Positions 11,590 through 23,664 are shown, numbered from the stretch's first letter. The stretch: DNA of 64,000 nucleotides from Anthoceros angustus (GCA_010909165.1 MU008160.1:1860001-1924000); one strand, 5' to 3'. Program-made: numbers and translations. Notes: generated by a model from the letters alone, not told the origin.

Positions 11590-11885
11590 CCCTCCAGCAC
11601 CAGGCCTGTCTGACAACTGCAATCTCAAGCTGAGTTCTGAGAATCAGAAAACTTGCCCCTGAAAGACCCTCATGAGAAAGAAATGCCAGCCCACACTCTG
11701 ACGCAGAAGTCCAGCATCTCACAATCTAAACTGATCCTGAAGCTTCATTGTCCTGAACCTGTGCTCTGAGAATCAGAAGAACTTGGCACTGAAAGAACTC
11801 ATCAGAAAGAAATGTCTGCCCACAGTCTGATGCAGAAGTCCAGAATCCATCAATCGGAACTGCTCCTGATGCGGGCTTGTCCTGA
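11590..11885 (-). promoter_or_regulatory. Orphaned RLP upstream region with a ~125-bp unit duplicated in tandem
   Basis: Similar to 2615-2765 upstream of the RLP1 ATG (ccagcacca...aactgcaa...tgagaatcagaa...gatgcagaagtcc). The unit occurs at ~11630 and ~11765. Confidence 0.6.
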
Positions 11886-12138
11886 AGCTTGCCCGACAGG
11901 TAGGAATGCGCTGCTATGAGAAAACTGCATGTCCTTGCAAGCGTCCGGGAAAAACATCAGCCTGCTGCGTGCGGATACGTTAGACCGTCGTGCACTCGTC
12001 GCCACACACGCCCCCTCTGAAAGGCCGACTGCATTCCAACTTTACAAAGGGAAGGTTGTTCTGAATTGACGTCGTTGCTCCGGAGGGGAGACACTGTCAA
12101 TAAACAGCTACAGAAACGCGGGACAGATTGCACCCTGT

Positions 12139-12695
12139 TTAGAGCACAAAGCTTGCATCTCCGCCTTGAACGGGAGTGTTCAGAACCCGTTCAATGGCAT
12201 AAGGATGCAAGCCACCACCAGCAGCCCCATCTGTCAAAAACATGGGAACCTCATGCCACTGCCTCCTCCTGGCATGGTAAGTAGCAATGAGATCAATTAT
12301 TATGCATAGCAAGGGGCCGTGTGCGAAGTAGTTCCAAAACTGAAGAAAGCTATAGTCGTGTATCACAGCAGGGTGTCTCTCCCACACCATCTTCTTCTGT
12401 TCAGGGTGACAATAAGAGGTAGCGTACCAAACAACCAGGAGTCTTGCAAATCTATCCAGGACTCAAGCACAACCATGATACAAGTATTACACACTATCAG
12501 CTCTTTCGGTGCGTAGAAATCTTGCTTCAGCTTGCAAACACACTTCCAAGTCATCGATTCAACATGAAAGCTCACCAGAAGATACCAGAACACCGGGCTC
12601 GATCTCGTGCCAGGCCAAAAACCTCACTGTCGCGTTTTCAGAGACAGAGATTAATTTTCACCTAATTCAGATCTCACGACCTCAGCAGCAACCGG
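12139..12695 (-). pseudogene. F-box2, 3' third only, frameshifted
   Basis: FWYLLVSFHVESMTWKCVCKLKQDFYAPKELIVCN and NYFAHGPLLCIIID match the F-box1 C-terminus. The paralogous stop TAA is changed to CAA. Confidence 0.85.
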
Positions 12696-12783
12696 ATGCT
12701 TTAGCACACACATGCTTTCTGCGCTAATTTGTCACCAGACAGTGATGCTCCTAGGTAGCTAGGTGGGAGCCGCAATTCTTGCA

Positions 12784-13985
12784 TCAGAAGGCAAGTTCGG
12801 CTCTTTCAGCAGAGAAAATGCCTGAGGGCATATCCCTGGCTGGTAACAATGTTTGCCACACACCATCTGCTGCTGCTTCTTCAGGGCCGCGCCACACATA
12901 TCCCTCAGGGAGAGGCTTGCCTCCAGACGGGCTTTGCAAAAAAACAGTCGCCATATCCGTGGTGGTGAACCCAGGGCAGAAGCTGTTTAAGTAGATCTCA
13001 TGTCCTGCTGGCCTTGCGGCCAGCTTCTTAGCCAAAACCCTTATATAAGCATTTGCAAACGCTTTTGACAGGCCGTAATTCGATCCCGTCCAGAGACTTT
13101 CTTTGTCGCCCTGGATTTCTGCGAAATACTCTTGCACCAATTCATCCAGCGCCTCCTCCGAAAGCTTGTCTACATTTTGTAGTGTCTGCCTTACAGAATC
13201 ATTGACAATATTCTGGAAAGAGCAAGCCACGTCCGAGGATAAGCTTCACAATACTTCTGCATCCAGCATGTGCAAGCATGGACGCAATGCGATATTAGCT
13301 ACGAGGCTCACCTGCACAAACCTCGTCTTGAGGTGACAGTAAGCACTCGTGCCCCGGCTTCAGATGCTCTCAGTAGAGGCAAGATTCTGCTTGTTACATG
13401 TTTCACACCGTAGTAGTTTGTGTTGAAGGACAATACAGCGGAGTCCTCTGGGTCAAAGACACCAGCATTGTTGATCTGTACAGAAGACAAGAACAGCATT
13501 AGCAAAACATGTACCGTCGTGCTTGATATAATCATGGACAGAGGACTAATACTAACAGGCGGAAACAACAGCAATGTACTTGTAATCAGGTGACAAGGTA
13601 AGGTCTGTACACCCACCAGAATATCCACACCCCCGTATTGCTCCTTCAACCAGTCCGCCAGTCTCTGTGCGGATTCAGCACTTGCAACATCCAGCTGATG
13701 ATACACAACAGGAAGGCTCTCAGCTACGAGCGTCTTGACAGCTTCTTCCCCTCGCTTCACGTCCCTTGAAGTCAGGACAGTGGTTATCCCTTTCTGTGCG
13801 AGCTGTCTCACAATCTCCAAGCCAATCCCTTTGTTTGCCCCGGTGACAACAGCCAAAGTATTTTCTGACCACCATCTGCTCGCATCAGAAGAATCCAAAC
13901 GACAGCGTAAGCAGAAAGCAACAACCCATCAACTTGGAAACTGGCTTCCAACTTTAAGCTCATACCTCTCACTTTGAGCACCCAT
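12784..13985 (-). CDS. Short-chain dehydrogenase/reductase (carbonyl reductase / neomenthol dehydrogenase-like), 4 exons: 13985-13966, 13875-13617, 13475-13312, 13212-12784
   Basis: GT-AG introns read manually. Motifs TGANKGIG, DIL/INNAG, NYYG, YGLSK and CPGFTTTDM are present. The exon 3/4 junction is 1 nt out of phase as assembled. Confidence 0.85.
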
Positions 13986-14364
13986 CGTGTAGCCCGAGCT
14001 GCTGTCCTTTGTCCACTGCCTCCTGCTCCCCCCGAACAGAGCTTTATATGCTGGTCATGGGTGGTCCTTTGAATTGCTGGGGAGTTTCTAGGGGACCTTC
14101 CTCGACTCTTCACGTGCATCTTCCCTGTCGCCAGTCGTCACTACAATCGAAAGGCAGCTCTTCTCCCGTGGCACTAACCTGCAAACCGGTTCCCGGTGTC
14201 CAACATGATGCCCATAGCGACATGTTTTCATCGACCCCATGCCATGCTTGTTTGGCATCTTAATCAAGCATTTTGTTGGGTCATCGTGTCAACTTAATGC
14301 TGTGAAAACTGGCAGTGAGCCAGAAGCAGGGTTGATGATGCAGTCCACCAGAGTTGGGGAGTCG

Positions 14365-14630
14365 GTGGATATTCTGACTGGTCTTCAACTGGTGCTGAAG
14401 AAGTCGTGGGCATGATGGACTAGCCCTAGCTATCCCGTGGTTTGCAGGAGGCCCCCAATCGCGAAGGTCATGGAAAACAATGTGGGGCAGCTTTGCAGGC
14501 ACCGCCAGCAGCGGACTGTGATCAGCTTGACTACGAGAAACCGGTGTTACAAGCTCTGTGCTCTTCAACAGGGCCATGCCAATTTCATTTTAGTGCTTGC
14601 AGGTTCCAAGAAACGCGGTGAATGGGGCCG
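14365..14630 (+). pseudogene. RPS12: Degenerate cytosolic 40S ribosomal protein S12 (eS12) fragment
   Basis: Across frameshifts: VDILTGLQLVLKKS / GHDGLA / RGLQEA / AKVMENNVGQLC / ADCDQLDYEKPVLQALC / KKRGEWG. This matches the plant eS12 pattern MDxxTALQLVLRKSxAHxGLxRGLHEAAKxIEKxxAQLCVLAEDCxQPDYVKLVxALC...LGEWAG. Confidence 0.75.
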
Positions 14631-14757
14631 AAGTGCAGGCCCTTGGGTGAGTGCCAGGGTAGAGTACTAGTGCTCATGGTGTAGAAGCAGGCCGTGTGTG
14701 GCAACTGGTGCAATCTGCCTTGCGTTTTTGTAGCGCTGTTTATTGACAGTGTTCTCT

Positions 14758-15866
14758 TTAAACAGGAGTGCTCAGACCCAGTTCGAAGGCACAAGGAGGA
14801 AAGACACCGCCAGCAGTCCCAAGTGTGAAAAGAATGGGAACCGAGGTCCAAGGCCCCCACTTCATCGTAGTGGTATCGAGCCACCCCCTCGGACTGCCAT
14901 CTTCCCACTCCCTCGTACTGCCATCTTCCCACTCCCTAGTACAGGCATTGAGCCACTTCCTCCTACCGGCATTGTTGATAGCCATAAGATCAACTATTAT
15001 TATGCATAGCAGGGGGCCATGTGCGAAGATCGCCTTCAGTGCAGGGGACAACCATGATACAAGAATCACACACCACCAGTTGTTTCGGTTCGTAGAAATC
15101 ATTCGCCAGCTCGCACACACATTTCCAAGTCATCGATTCAACATGAAAGGTTACCAAAAAGAACAGAACCCCGTGCCCCGATCTCGTGCCAGGCCAAAAA
15201 CCTGGCTGTCAAGAAAAGCGCAGTCGCGACATATGTCGCACAGGGTGAGATCTATACCCTCCGCCGCCTCCTCACATCGGCTTGGCTACAAGGTCCAAGA
15301 CGAAGAGCCTGATAGAGAGCGCACAATCCTGGCAGGACCTGCCGCGAGACTAGCCCCTCCTTTCTTTTGCACACACCCAACACGGTATACGACTGCCCAT
15401 CGTCATCAACCTCCAGAGATGCACTATACAAGAAGGAACTAAAACACCCAGCCAGCTCCTTGTCGCCTTTAATCAGCGACCTGAAACAAGGCAACTTTCT
15501 CACTTCCCCCGTCACAGGATCGGTTACCCAGATATCCTTGTCCAAACGCAGGCACAGCAATCCTTTGTGGCTCGCCAGACACCTGGATGGAACCCAGAAA
15601 TGGCAAACTTGGCAGCTTGTGCCACTTGTACTGTTACATGTCCAGGCCCAAGCCGGCCAGTGACCCCCACGAGATCATGGCCGGAAACCATACCTTGTCG
15701 AATGCTGACAAGGTAAGGTCCGGCTGCAGAGCTTGCTGAAGGACGGGGAGGACACTATATTCTGCCACTCGTGACACACCTTCTCCACCAGCTCCCGCCG
15801 CAGGACACTTTCCACCAGCTCCTGCCGCAAGTTCCTCTCCACCAGCTCCGGGCGAACATCTTCCAT
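14758..15866 (-). pseudogene. F-box3 pseudogene
   Basis: Collinear with F-box1 but with several frameshifts. The F-box core is deleted and replaced by short repeats (xELVE, 15785-15850), and there is a 24-bp duplication near 14893-14940. Confidence 0.85.
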
Positions 15867-16249
15867 GCTCCCCAACTCTATGTACGTAGGCCCTTGACCC
15901 GCAGAAGAATCCTGAGCCAGGCAGCCTTGTTCCTCTCTTGACTGCCTTGAGCCGCTCCTCGCGGGAGTTGCAGTCAGCTCACAGTCCATTTGCTGTCCCT
16001 TTATTCAACCAAAGCATCACCATTCTCAGGCTTGAGGTAATCGGGTTGCCAGGAGGCAAGGATAGCGCTGTGGAGGTTGGGCTCCTGGAAGCTGTGGCTG
16101 GCATGCTTCTCGGCAACACCAATTTGAAGGCCGCGGTGGTAACCACATTCCGTGACGCGCGGGTTGTGGGCACTGGCTCACGACATCGGCATCACGGAAC
16201 CTGAACTGGTCCACCACCAATTCCCTGGATGACGAGGAAGAGGAAGAAG

Positions 16250-16633
16250 ATGTCTATTATAGTCCACTTGGACGGAATGACTGAGGAAGAGGAGGAAGAA
16301 AATCCACTTGGACGGAATGATAAAGGAAGAGGAGGAAGAAGAATCCACTTGGACGGTATGATAAAGGAAGAGGAGGAAGAAGAATCCACTTGGACGGAAT
16401 GACGAGGAAGAAGAATCCACTGGGACGGAATGACGAGGAAGAAGAATCCACTTGGACGGAATGACGAGGAAGAAGAATCCACTTGGACGCAATGACGAGG
16501 AAGAAAATCCACTTGGACGGAATGACGAGAAAGAAGAATCCACTTGGACGGAATGACGAGGAAGAAGAATCCACTTGGACGGAATGACGACGAAGAAAAA
16601 AAAGAAGTCTATTATAGTCCACTTAGACGGAAT
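16250..16633. repeat. Minisatellite, ~11 copies of a 31-bp unit (ATCCACTTGGACGGAATGACGAGGAAGAAGA; first units 40-41 bp)
   Basis: Read directly. The two terminal units share TCTATTATAGTCCACTT. Confidence 0.9.
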
Positions 16634-17499
16634 TTATGTCATAGGACTATGCGTACAACTGGTACCAACATGTATTAGTTGTACCATTTTTGTACCTAAG
16701 CTACTTGCACCAAGGGCATCCACACCCTTTTTTAAGCACCCCATCTAAGTACTTTTCTAAGCGTAGAATGCTTAACAATAGTGTTCTTAAAAATATGTGT
16801 GTCCATTTGGCCTAAGCTAAATCTTCTATGCTCATGCCAATCCTGCAGCGGTGAATCAGGGTGCAAGTGATAACACTTACAGATTTCTGAAACCCTACGG
16901 GGCGAGCAAGGAGTAGGGACTTGTTCAGGGGTTGAAGCACGGAGCTCCAACAGCCAGCTCGAGCGGAGTAGAAGCTCTCACAAAGCTCAGAACCGCATGG
17001 ACTCTGACCTTTCCAATCCCGCTCCATCGCACCCAGAAGCCGAGAACAGCAGAAGCCCTAGAAGGTACAGCCCAGCTCCGCTTTACTCAAAAAAACCAAA
17101 GCTACGGTTCAGGCCCTCTCTTCACCATGATCCTAAACGACACAATGAAGAAACACAACCTGCTTGCACATCACTTCAAAACGAGACAAGGAAGAAACAT
17201 GGCGTGCTTCCCCTGACTTCCTGCTCGCAGCATCCAGCAGACAACTCTAAACCATGACACCACACAAATGCACACCAGAAAAACTGGTCGGACAATCTGA
17301 ACCGATAGTCCCTGTTCAGACGGACGTAATGTGCGGCATCTGTGACGGGACGGGGTTTTCTGTACAAAGTTGCAGAAAAAAATTAATAAAAGATTCCAAA
17401 GATACTGAAAATCAGATTTATAGCATGTGAAGAGTCCAGAGTACATATCCTTTAGGTTCTTCGAACCATCCATGTTCACACATAAATATTACATAGAAA

Positions 17500-18427
17500 G
17501 AAAAACCAGCACATTTATTTAGGAAGAACAAAAAAACTGCACAGATATAACAAAGAACTCGCACATCTTATGGAGAAGGCCATCCACGATATTAGTGAGG
17601 CTTTTTAATTACAGATTTGAGAAGTTATGGTAGGAGGGCTAAATGGGACCTAAGATTAAGAGATATTCTACATCTAAAGGTTGTCCACATATGCATGAAT
17701 TTCCCGCAAAGTGCATACTACTAAACTTTGTGGCAGCAGTAGGGATGGGCCCACTTGAAAAATCTAAATATTCTAAATTAGATCCAATTAAAGTTAATGC
17801 AGGTATACCACCAATAAGTTATTGTGAGAGAGATCTAATTGGATTGACTATTTAATACTGCAGGAATCACTACAGTAAAATAGTTATTAAATAGGTTCAA
17901 GACACTCAATTCAGATAGGTTAAATACTTCTTCAGGTATATTAGCTTGTAGGTTGTTGGTAGACAGGTCTAAAACTGTGAAGGAAAGTAAAAGGGTCTGA
18001 ATGGGCTATTTCACACCATTATATGAGATATAAAGCAATAAAAATTAGTGTTAAAGCTTCTAGTGACAATGGAATTAGGATTTGAAGAATGATAGGGTTG
18101 TTGCCAAGGAAAATGATTCATTTGCCATTATATATTAGGAGAAATTATACCTTCCAACGTATTTCCAGTCAATACTAAGATAAATAATTGACTGAACCAG
18201 AAGCAATAGGGAGAAATGGTCCCATGAAACCTGTTTGAAGCAAACAAAATGACTTGCAAGATGCCGAGGAGAACATCCAATGCTCGAAATATATTCCCCT
18301 CCAAAAGAATACTTCGCATATCCAAAATGACTAGCGATGAACAATTTATGACAGTGATTAGTGAGCACAGAAGGATGCTCCTTGGCCAGCCGACATAAGT
18401 AGCAGCGATGCCGGTGAAGCAAAAGAG
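17500..18427 (-). pseudogene. RLP3, C-terminal part with stops and frameshifts
   Basis: INCSSLVILDMRSILLEG...VILFASNRFHGTI, TLLLSFTVLDLSTNNLQ, GNSCICGQPL and an ISWMAFSI juxtamembrane remnant; paralogous to RLP1. Confidence 0.8.
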
Positions 18428-19013
18428 TGCACCGACGGCGAGCGGAGTAGATGCAGGTTTGCATTCTAGCATATTGTATCGGGTTAGAGTATTCTTAATG
18501 TATTGCATATGCATGAGGTGCAAGGTTCTAAGTGCACGATCGCGAGTAACTTTCATACCAATACAGTAATGAGCTAAACTTAGACTTCAGCATGAGAATG
18601 GTCTTGTGGAGAAGCCCATGCTTATCATTACTAGCAAGGATGCAATCATCCACGTAAAGGGCGAGGATGACAAGTGCATCCCCTGACCGGAGGATATAAA
18701 CGTTACCATTGGATGGGCACTTAGTGAATCCGCACGCCAAGAGGAATTCGTCCATGTAGACATTCCGCCTTTGATTGCTTAAGGTCAGAGTATATCATAG
18801 AAGCGTACATACAAGATGTTCACGGTCTTTCTCTTCATAACCTTGAGTTGACGACGATATCTCCTCTGCAAATTTTGAGTAAAGAAATGTCGTTTTGACA
18901 TCGAGCTGTACCACCTCCCACTCGTGATACGTAGCACAGGCGAGAATAACACGTAACGAACTAGTCTGGACGACGGGGGAGAAAAGATTATTTGCGTGAA
19001 GTCGCGGCCTCAT
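18428..19013 (-). mobile_element. Degraded copia RT fragment related to copia A
   Basis: SPVVQTSSLRV, WEVVQLDVKTTF, NGNVYILRSGDALVILALYVDDCILASNDKHGLL and QYIKNTL...CKPASTPLAVGA are all close to the copia A RT. Confidence 0.88.
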
Positions 19014-19516
19014 CTGGGGCCTCGACGCACTCGATTGATTTTTTTTCGGGGAGGTGGGGGTAGATTTCTAGGAAGAGAATTGACCAATTCGTCATTATTT
19101 TACTGAATACAGTAAAAATTCATTACAATAGAGTGGGAAACATGCCATGTGGGGTGAAAACGAATCACCATCAATGTTGAAAGCAGGGCAATAGGGTAGA
19201 AAAAAATGACCACCAAGTGAATACCAGGTACATCTAGATAGAAGCTCATTCTAGAAATCCCACCAAAATCGCTAATCTGGCAAAAACATATTCTGTTAAG
19301 TAATATTCATGCGGATCCAGGGTATACAAAAAACCGACAAAGAAACTATTCGGTCATGTTGCTTGCAATCCTTTCCTTGAGCTCCAGAGGCTGCTGATAC
19401 TTGGTGGCATTCTTCTCGAGCTGAAAGAGAGGGTGGGCGCCGGAGCCGGAGCGGAGCGAGAGCCGCTTCCACCCTCCTCGATGGACAAGCTCTCCAACTT
19501 CGTCTCCGCCACACTC

Positions 19517-22399
19517 TCACTCGCCATTTCCGTTCCATGCCATCATCGGTGCTGCAGTAATGGCATCCAATGGGACGAACTTCAGGAACTCTAACCCTGA
19601 TTCTGTTTCCCAATGAGGCGACGTTGAATACTGCTTGCTTCGGATTACGGTGACTAGCCCTCTGTCTAGTTTTTCCTCCCGAGTTATCTTGAACTGGTGC
19701 TGGAACGATAGATTGTTTAGTCTCCTTACCGCCGCGGTATACATTTGCCGACCTTCCCCTCTTCGAATGGGCCACACATATGTCCAAAAATCTGCAACTT
19801 CCGTCAACAGTTTCACTTCGGTGTGGGAGTGTACGCACCAACAAGAACATGGGTCAACTCATCCAATGTGTGTGCTTCCTTGTGTTTCAAGATTTTCGAG
19901 AAACACGAAAACATCTGATCAATCTGATCATGTGTGTGCCCAACTAGGAGGAAGCCCACCTTCACTTTCTGGAAAGTCCCCATGTCCACAAGCATATTTA
20001 AGTACGCAAATAATAGCTGGTTCTTATTCTCCCGGCATGTGTTGTCCAAATGCAAGTATAAAACTTTGGGCAAGACCCCCGGTAACTATGTATAACATCT
20101 TGGATAACCGCAATAGTCAAATTCGCGTCATTCCGAAGGTTAGCATAATGCAGGAAAATCCTGGCTTTATACGTGTAGTTGTGTATCAAGCACCCCACAA
20201 TATGAACTGCAATTCGGCTTTCCTCTTCAAGGTCCTTAGGCCACCTCAAAAAATGGGGTATTTCTGTTTTCTTCTGGTCCATGCCATCAATAGATAGTAA
20301 CATATACTTATGCGGTTCAACGTAACTTTTGCTGCGGTGTTTCGCCATCTTTGCACGCTCTGCATATAGTCGCTCTCGATGCTTGTCGAGGGCGGCCTGG
20401 TACTTGCCTGCAAACAACATCGGATAAAGATATTAGCGTTTGGCCTTTTCCGTTTCTAAACACCGCCTGCCACAGCACAGAAACCCAATCCACTGTCAAT
20501 GAACTTTTCTCCCCGCTCATTGAAGACGACAGTGAGGATGGCCGCCTTCACATCAAACTGGTGAGTGATTGCTGCGCTGCCACCGGCGCCAGTAACACCA
20601 TCCAATACACTCAAGTCATCTGGTACATGTGGAACCCCAAAGCACCCCACTTACGCGTACTCCAAGATAAGGGGCTGTCGCTGGGGAGGATGTTGTACCG
20701 GCGTCTATCAGCCTAGACTCCGGTTCAATATCCTCCACCTGTGGGCACCGGCCGGCCGGCCGCCCGACCAGATACTCGGTCCCCTTTCTTGGCGAATGTT
20801 CTAGAAGAGGAATGTTTATTGCAGTTCAAGCGCACCTTGATCCTCTTTGGAGGTGGTATTTCGTATTGTGGCTTTCAAGCCAGCGCACAGAGAGCACGTT
20901 GAAAATCTGTTGGACTTCGATATCTTCACTCTGCTGAAGTGTGTTTTCCACAATTTCAGGAACCACGCGTATGTTACAACCCGCATGCCCAATATCTCAC
21001 ATTGTCGCTTGTACTGAGCCCATATCTCCAACTTCGTGTATGTGTCGGGAAGATTGAAGACCTCCACGTTCGGCAGCCTCTCTGCCATGCACAAAAAAGC
21101 ATTGTCCATCCAAGCAATGGCCCCCTGTGTGTGGGCAGTCTTCGGTATGGGGTTGGCCTTCAAACTATCCCATGGTGCATTGCGGATGACCCTGCTCTTC
21201 AGTTCCTCATACCTTTTGTGACCAATGCAGTAAACTCTTCTAAATGCCCGTAAACAACATTTGATAGCAGCAGTACCCATGACATGAGGAACCACCCTGC
21301 CCTCCGCCTCATTCCCTCTTTGGACATGCATCAGGGTTTCCAGAAATGTCTCCTGTTCTTGTCTTCCCATGCGCAGTAAACGATAACGCTGCTCCTGAAA
21401 TTTTTCCTTCGTTAACCTATGCAGACACATGTCATTGCAACATGGTTTCCGAAACTCGGCCGCGATAACTGCCCCATCACTTTTCCTCAATGGCACACCT
21501 GACATCCGACGTCCTGGGCAAACCGAATCCGCAATGCTTCTAGACTGCAACGTTTCGCTCGAAGGTTTCGCATAAAACGAACGTTGGCCAAGCTCCTCTT
21601 CACATGTCATCTGGTTGGTGTCATCCTCTTCTTCTATAGCCTGCACAAGATGGTCTCGGGCGGGCGGCAATATGGCTCCATCATCCACATTGAACAATCC
21701 GCGTCTTGCAAAAGGAGACCTGGTCGGATGCTGGACATCCGCTCCTCTTGTCATGCGTGCTTCCTTTTTGCGTGCAGAAGGGCTTCCCTCCATGGCAGCG
21801 TACAAATTAAGATTGCGAGGAGTTTGTGGAACAGATCGTGGAAGAGTGGGTGATGGTGCTGGTCGCCGTAGCCGACGACACCTGTCAATGCCTGTGTCTG
21901 CACATTCACGGGCATTCACTGTATGTCACAAACGCCCAAACAATCAAAGGTCGTTATAGGAATACAATTCCCCTAGTCCCTTACCGACAATGTGAACCCT
22001 GCTTGCTTCCAATGTCGAAAGCACATGAGTCCGGTCGTCTGTTTCAGCCGACACGCGGTTCCTTATTTCCAATGGTCTGGTTCTCTCCCTTTCCCGTCCA
22101 AACATCATGGAATGAGAATGGTCCGGCAACTGGTTTACTCGGGCATAGGCTGGTCCGGCGCCATTGTTCAACATGTCCCTCCTTCTGCATATGTCCCCTT
22201 CGCGTCGAACTCGGAGATATTGAGATTGGTCTTGGCCTTCTTCATGGAGCGACTGTAGGAAAGAAGGTTGCCGACGACTGTGAGAAACAACCAACGAAGA
22301 GAAAGCGGACTGTGCAAAGTCATCGGCACCTACTTCATCGTCGGAATTTGTATGCATGCTCTCCAACATTGCGCCAGGCTGAGGGGACTCAGAACTCAC
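19517..22399 (-). CDS. DDE/D-type transposase, DUF7869-like (Sola-like motif pattern); introns 21984-21919 and 20835-20408; -1 frameshifts near 20075 and 19815
   Basis: Cys motifs CCNDMCL and FLKLWKTHFSRVKISKSNRFSTCSLC. Acidic triad in LSIDGMDQ, LHLDNTCRENKN and FLLVGHTHDQIDQMFS. The GT-AG introns join the ORFs in phase. The true start is uncertain and may lie as far upstream as 22910. Confidence 0.8.
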
Positions 22400-23403
22400 A
22401 GGCTGGAAGCGGTCACTGTGTTTCTCCCCTGCTCACCCTTCTGTCCCCGAACGATGAGTTCCAAGCTGGGAGAGTTAATCGGGGTCGCCAACTTATGCAC
22501 ACCGGAGCGGCAAGGCAGTAATTGCAACGGCCGCCCATTGAAGGCATCCGCCGCCTCCCAGCCGCCAAATCTAGAGTCGGATATCCTGTAGCATACGGAA
22601 TACACACCGTTTGACACCGTCACTTGATTGTGCCCTAAGTACACGGATTCATGGTATAATACGGGAACACATGGCAAACCCTAATATATTCAGAGTCAGG
22701 GTATACATAATGATCCGGGATTGAACCACCGTTCACCGTTCGCGAACGCGGGTTTAAGTCCGAGCGACCTTCCGGCTGGTTGGAGCATGCTTTGGAGGTC
22801 GCCCTTACGCCCCACAACCGGCAGTGAATTCCAAAGGAACTTTCCTTCATCCTTTGCCGGCGGAGACGAGGTTCGCTCCTTTCCAACTGCACGCTATTCG
22901 ATTTCCGCATCTCTTGAATGACCTGAGGTCTGTATTCTGGTTTCTGGCAGAAGAGGCAATGGCGATGGGAAGGCGAAGCAAGAAAGGAGAGGGTGAGCGA
23001 CGGCCTGACTGTGATCCGCCAGTACAGAAACCGAAGAAGGGAAAGAGCAGAGGAAAGGCATCAGGCTCTGAAGCTGGGGAGGAGCCTAGTGCGCCCCACA
23101 ACCGAGGATTACCAGCCCTCAATTCCGCTCCTGCGGTGGGGCCGCCCCAGCAATCAGGAGGTCCGGTAATTGGTCATGGAGGCGGGCACGCACGCTCTGT
23201 GAGCCACACGTCTGGGAAGGCAAGCACGACGAGAGGAGATGGCGGAGGTGAGCAGTTCCCAGAAGAAGAGTCTCAGCCTCTATCCAATCTCCTTATAGCT
23301 ATGAGGAAACAATGCACATCAAGCGTATTTCTGGGCAGCTTCAGCCAATTGTGGTTGTAGAGAAGGATTGGATGCTGGTGCAGGAAGAAGAACCGGGAAA
23401 TGA

Positions 23404-23664
23404 TGATGAAAATCACACACTAACTCCTTAAGCAAAAGATGCTTATATACAATTGATTTAATAGAAAGTACAAAGCCTATTTATAGGCGAGGTGGTTAGG
23501 TGGTTACAACCATAAGTAGTTGTAACCGCCTAGTAGTTGTAACTACTATAACTACTAACTACCTAGATCAACTAACTAGTAACTACTTAATGCCCTAGGC
23601 ATATAATAATGTTTAAGTTAGGGTGCCCTAATGAATAGTGCCATAACCTTAATATATTTTATCA
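23404..23664 (-). repeat. 3' LTR of copia B (261 bp)
   Basis: Direct repeat of 32384-32660. It differs by ~3 substitutions and has two fewer GGTGGTTA units. Confidence 0.93.

Noticed and set aside
16250-16633. CRISPR-like repeat array
   Set aside because: Units are contiguous near-identical repeats without unique spacers, the context is eukaryotic and there are no cas genes.
18128-18556. RT-LRR fusion protein (142-aa ORF)
   Set aside because: Chance in-frame junction of two degraded fragments; the neighbouring sequence has stops and frameshifts.
19020-19300. Left terminal inverted repeat of the putative DNA transposon
   Set aside because: No matching inverted sequence found by eye at 59550-60000 or later; the ends are left undefined.
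22396-22910. ORFs 22396-22677 and 22635-22910 as definite transposase N-terminus
   Set aside because: They need two frameshift repairs and would leave only ~50 bp to the divergent ATG at 22959; kept as a possibility only.
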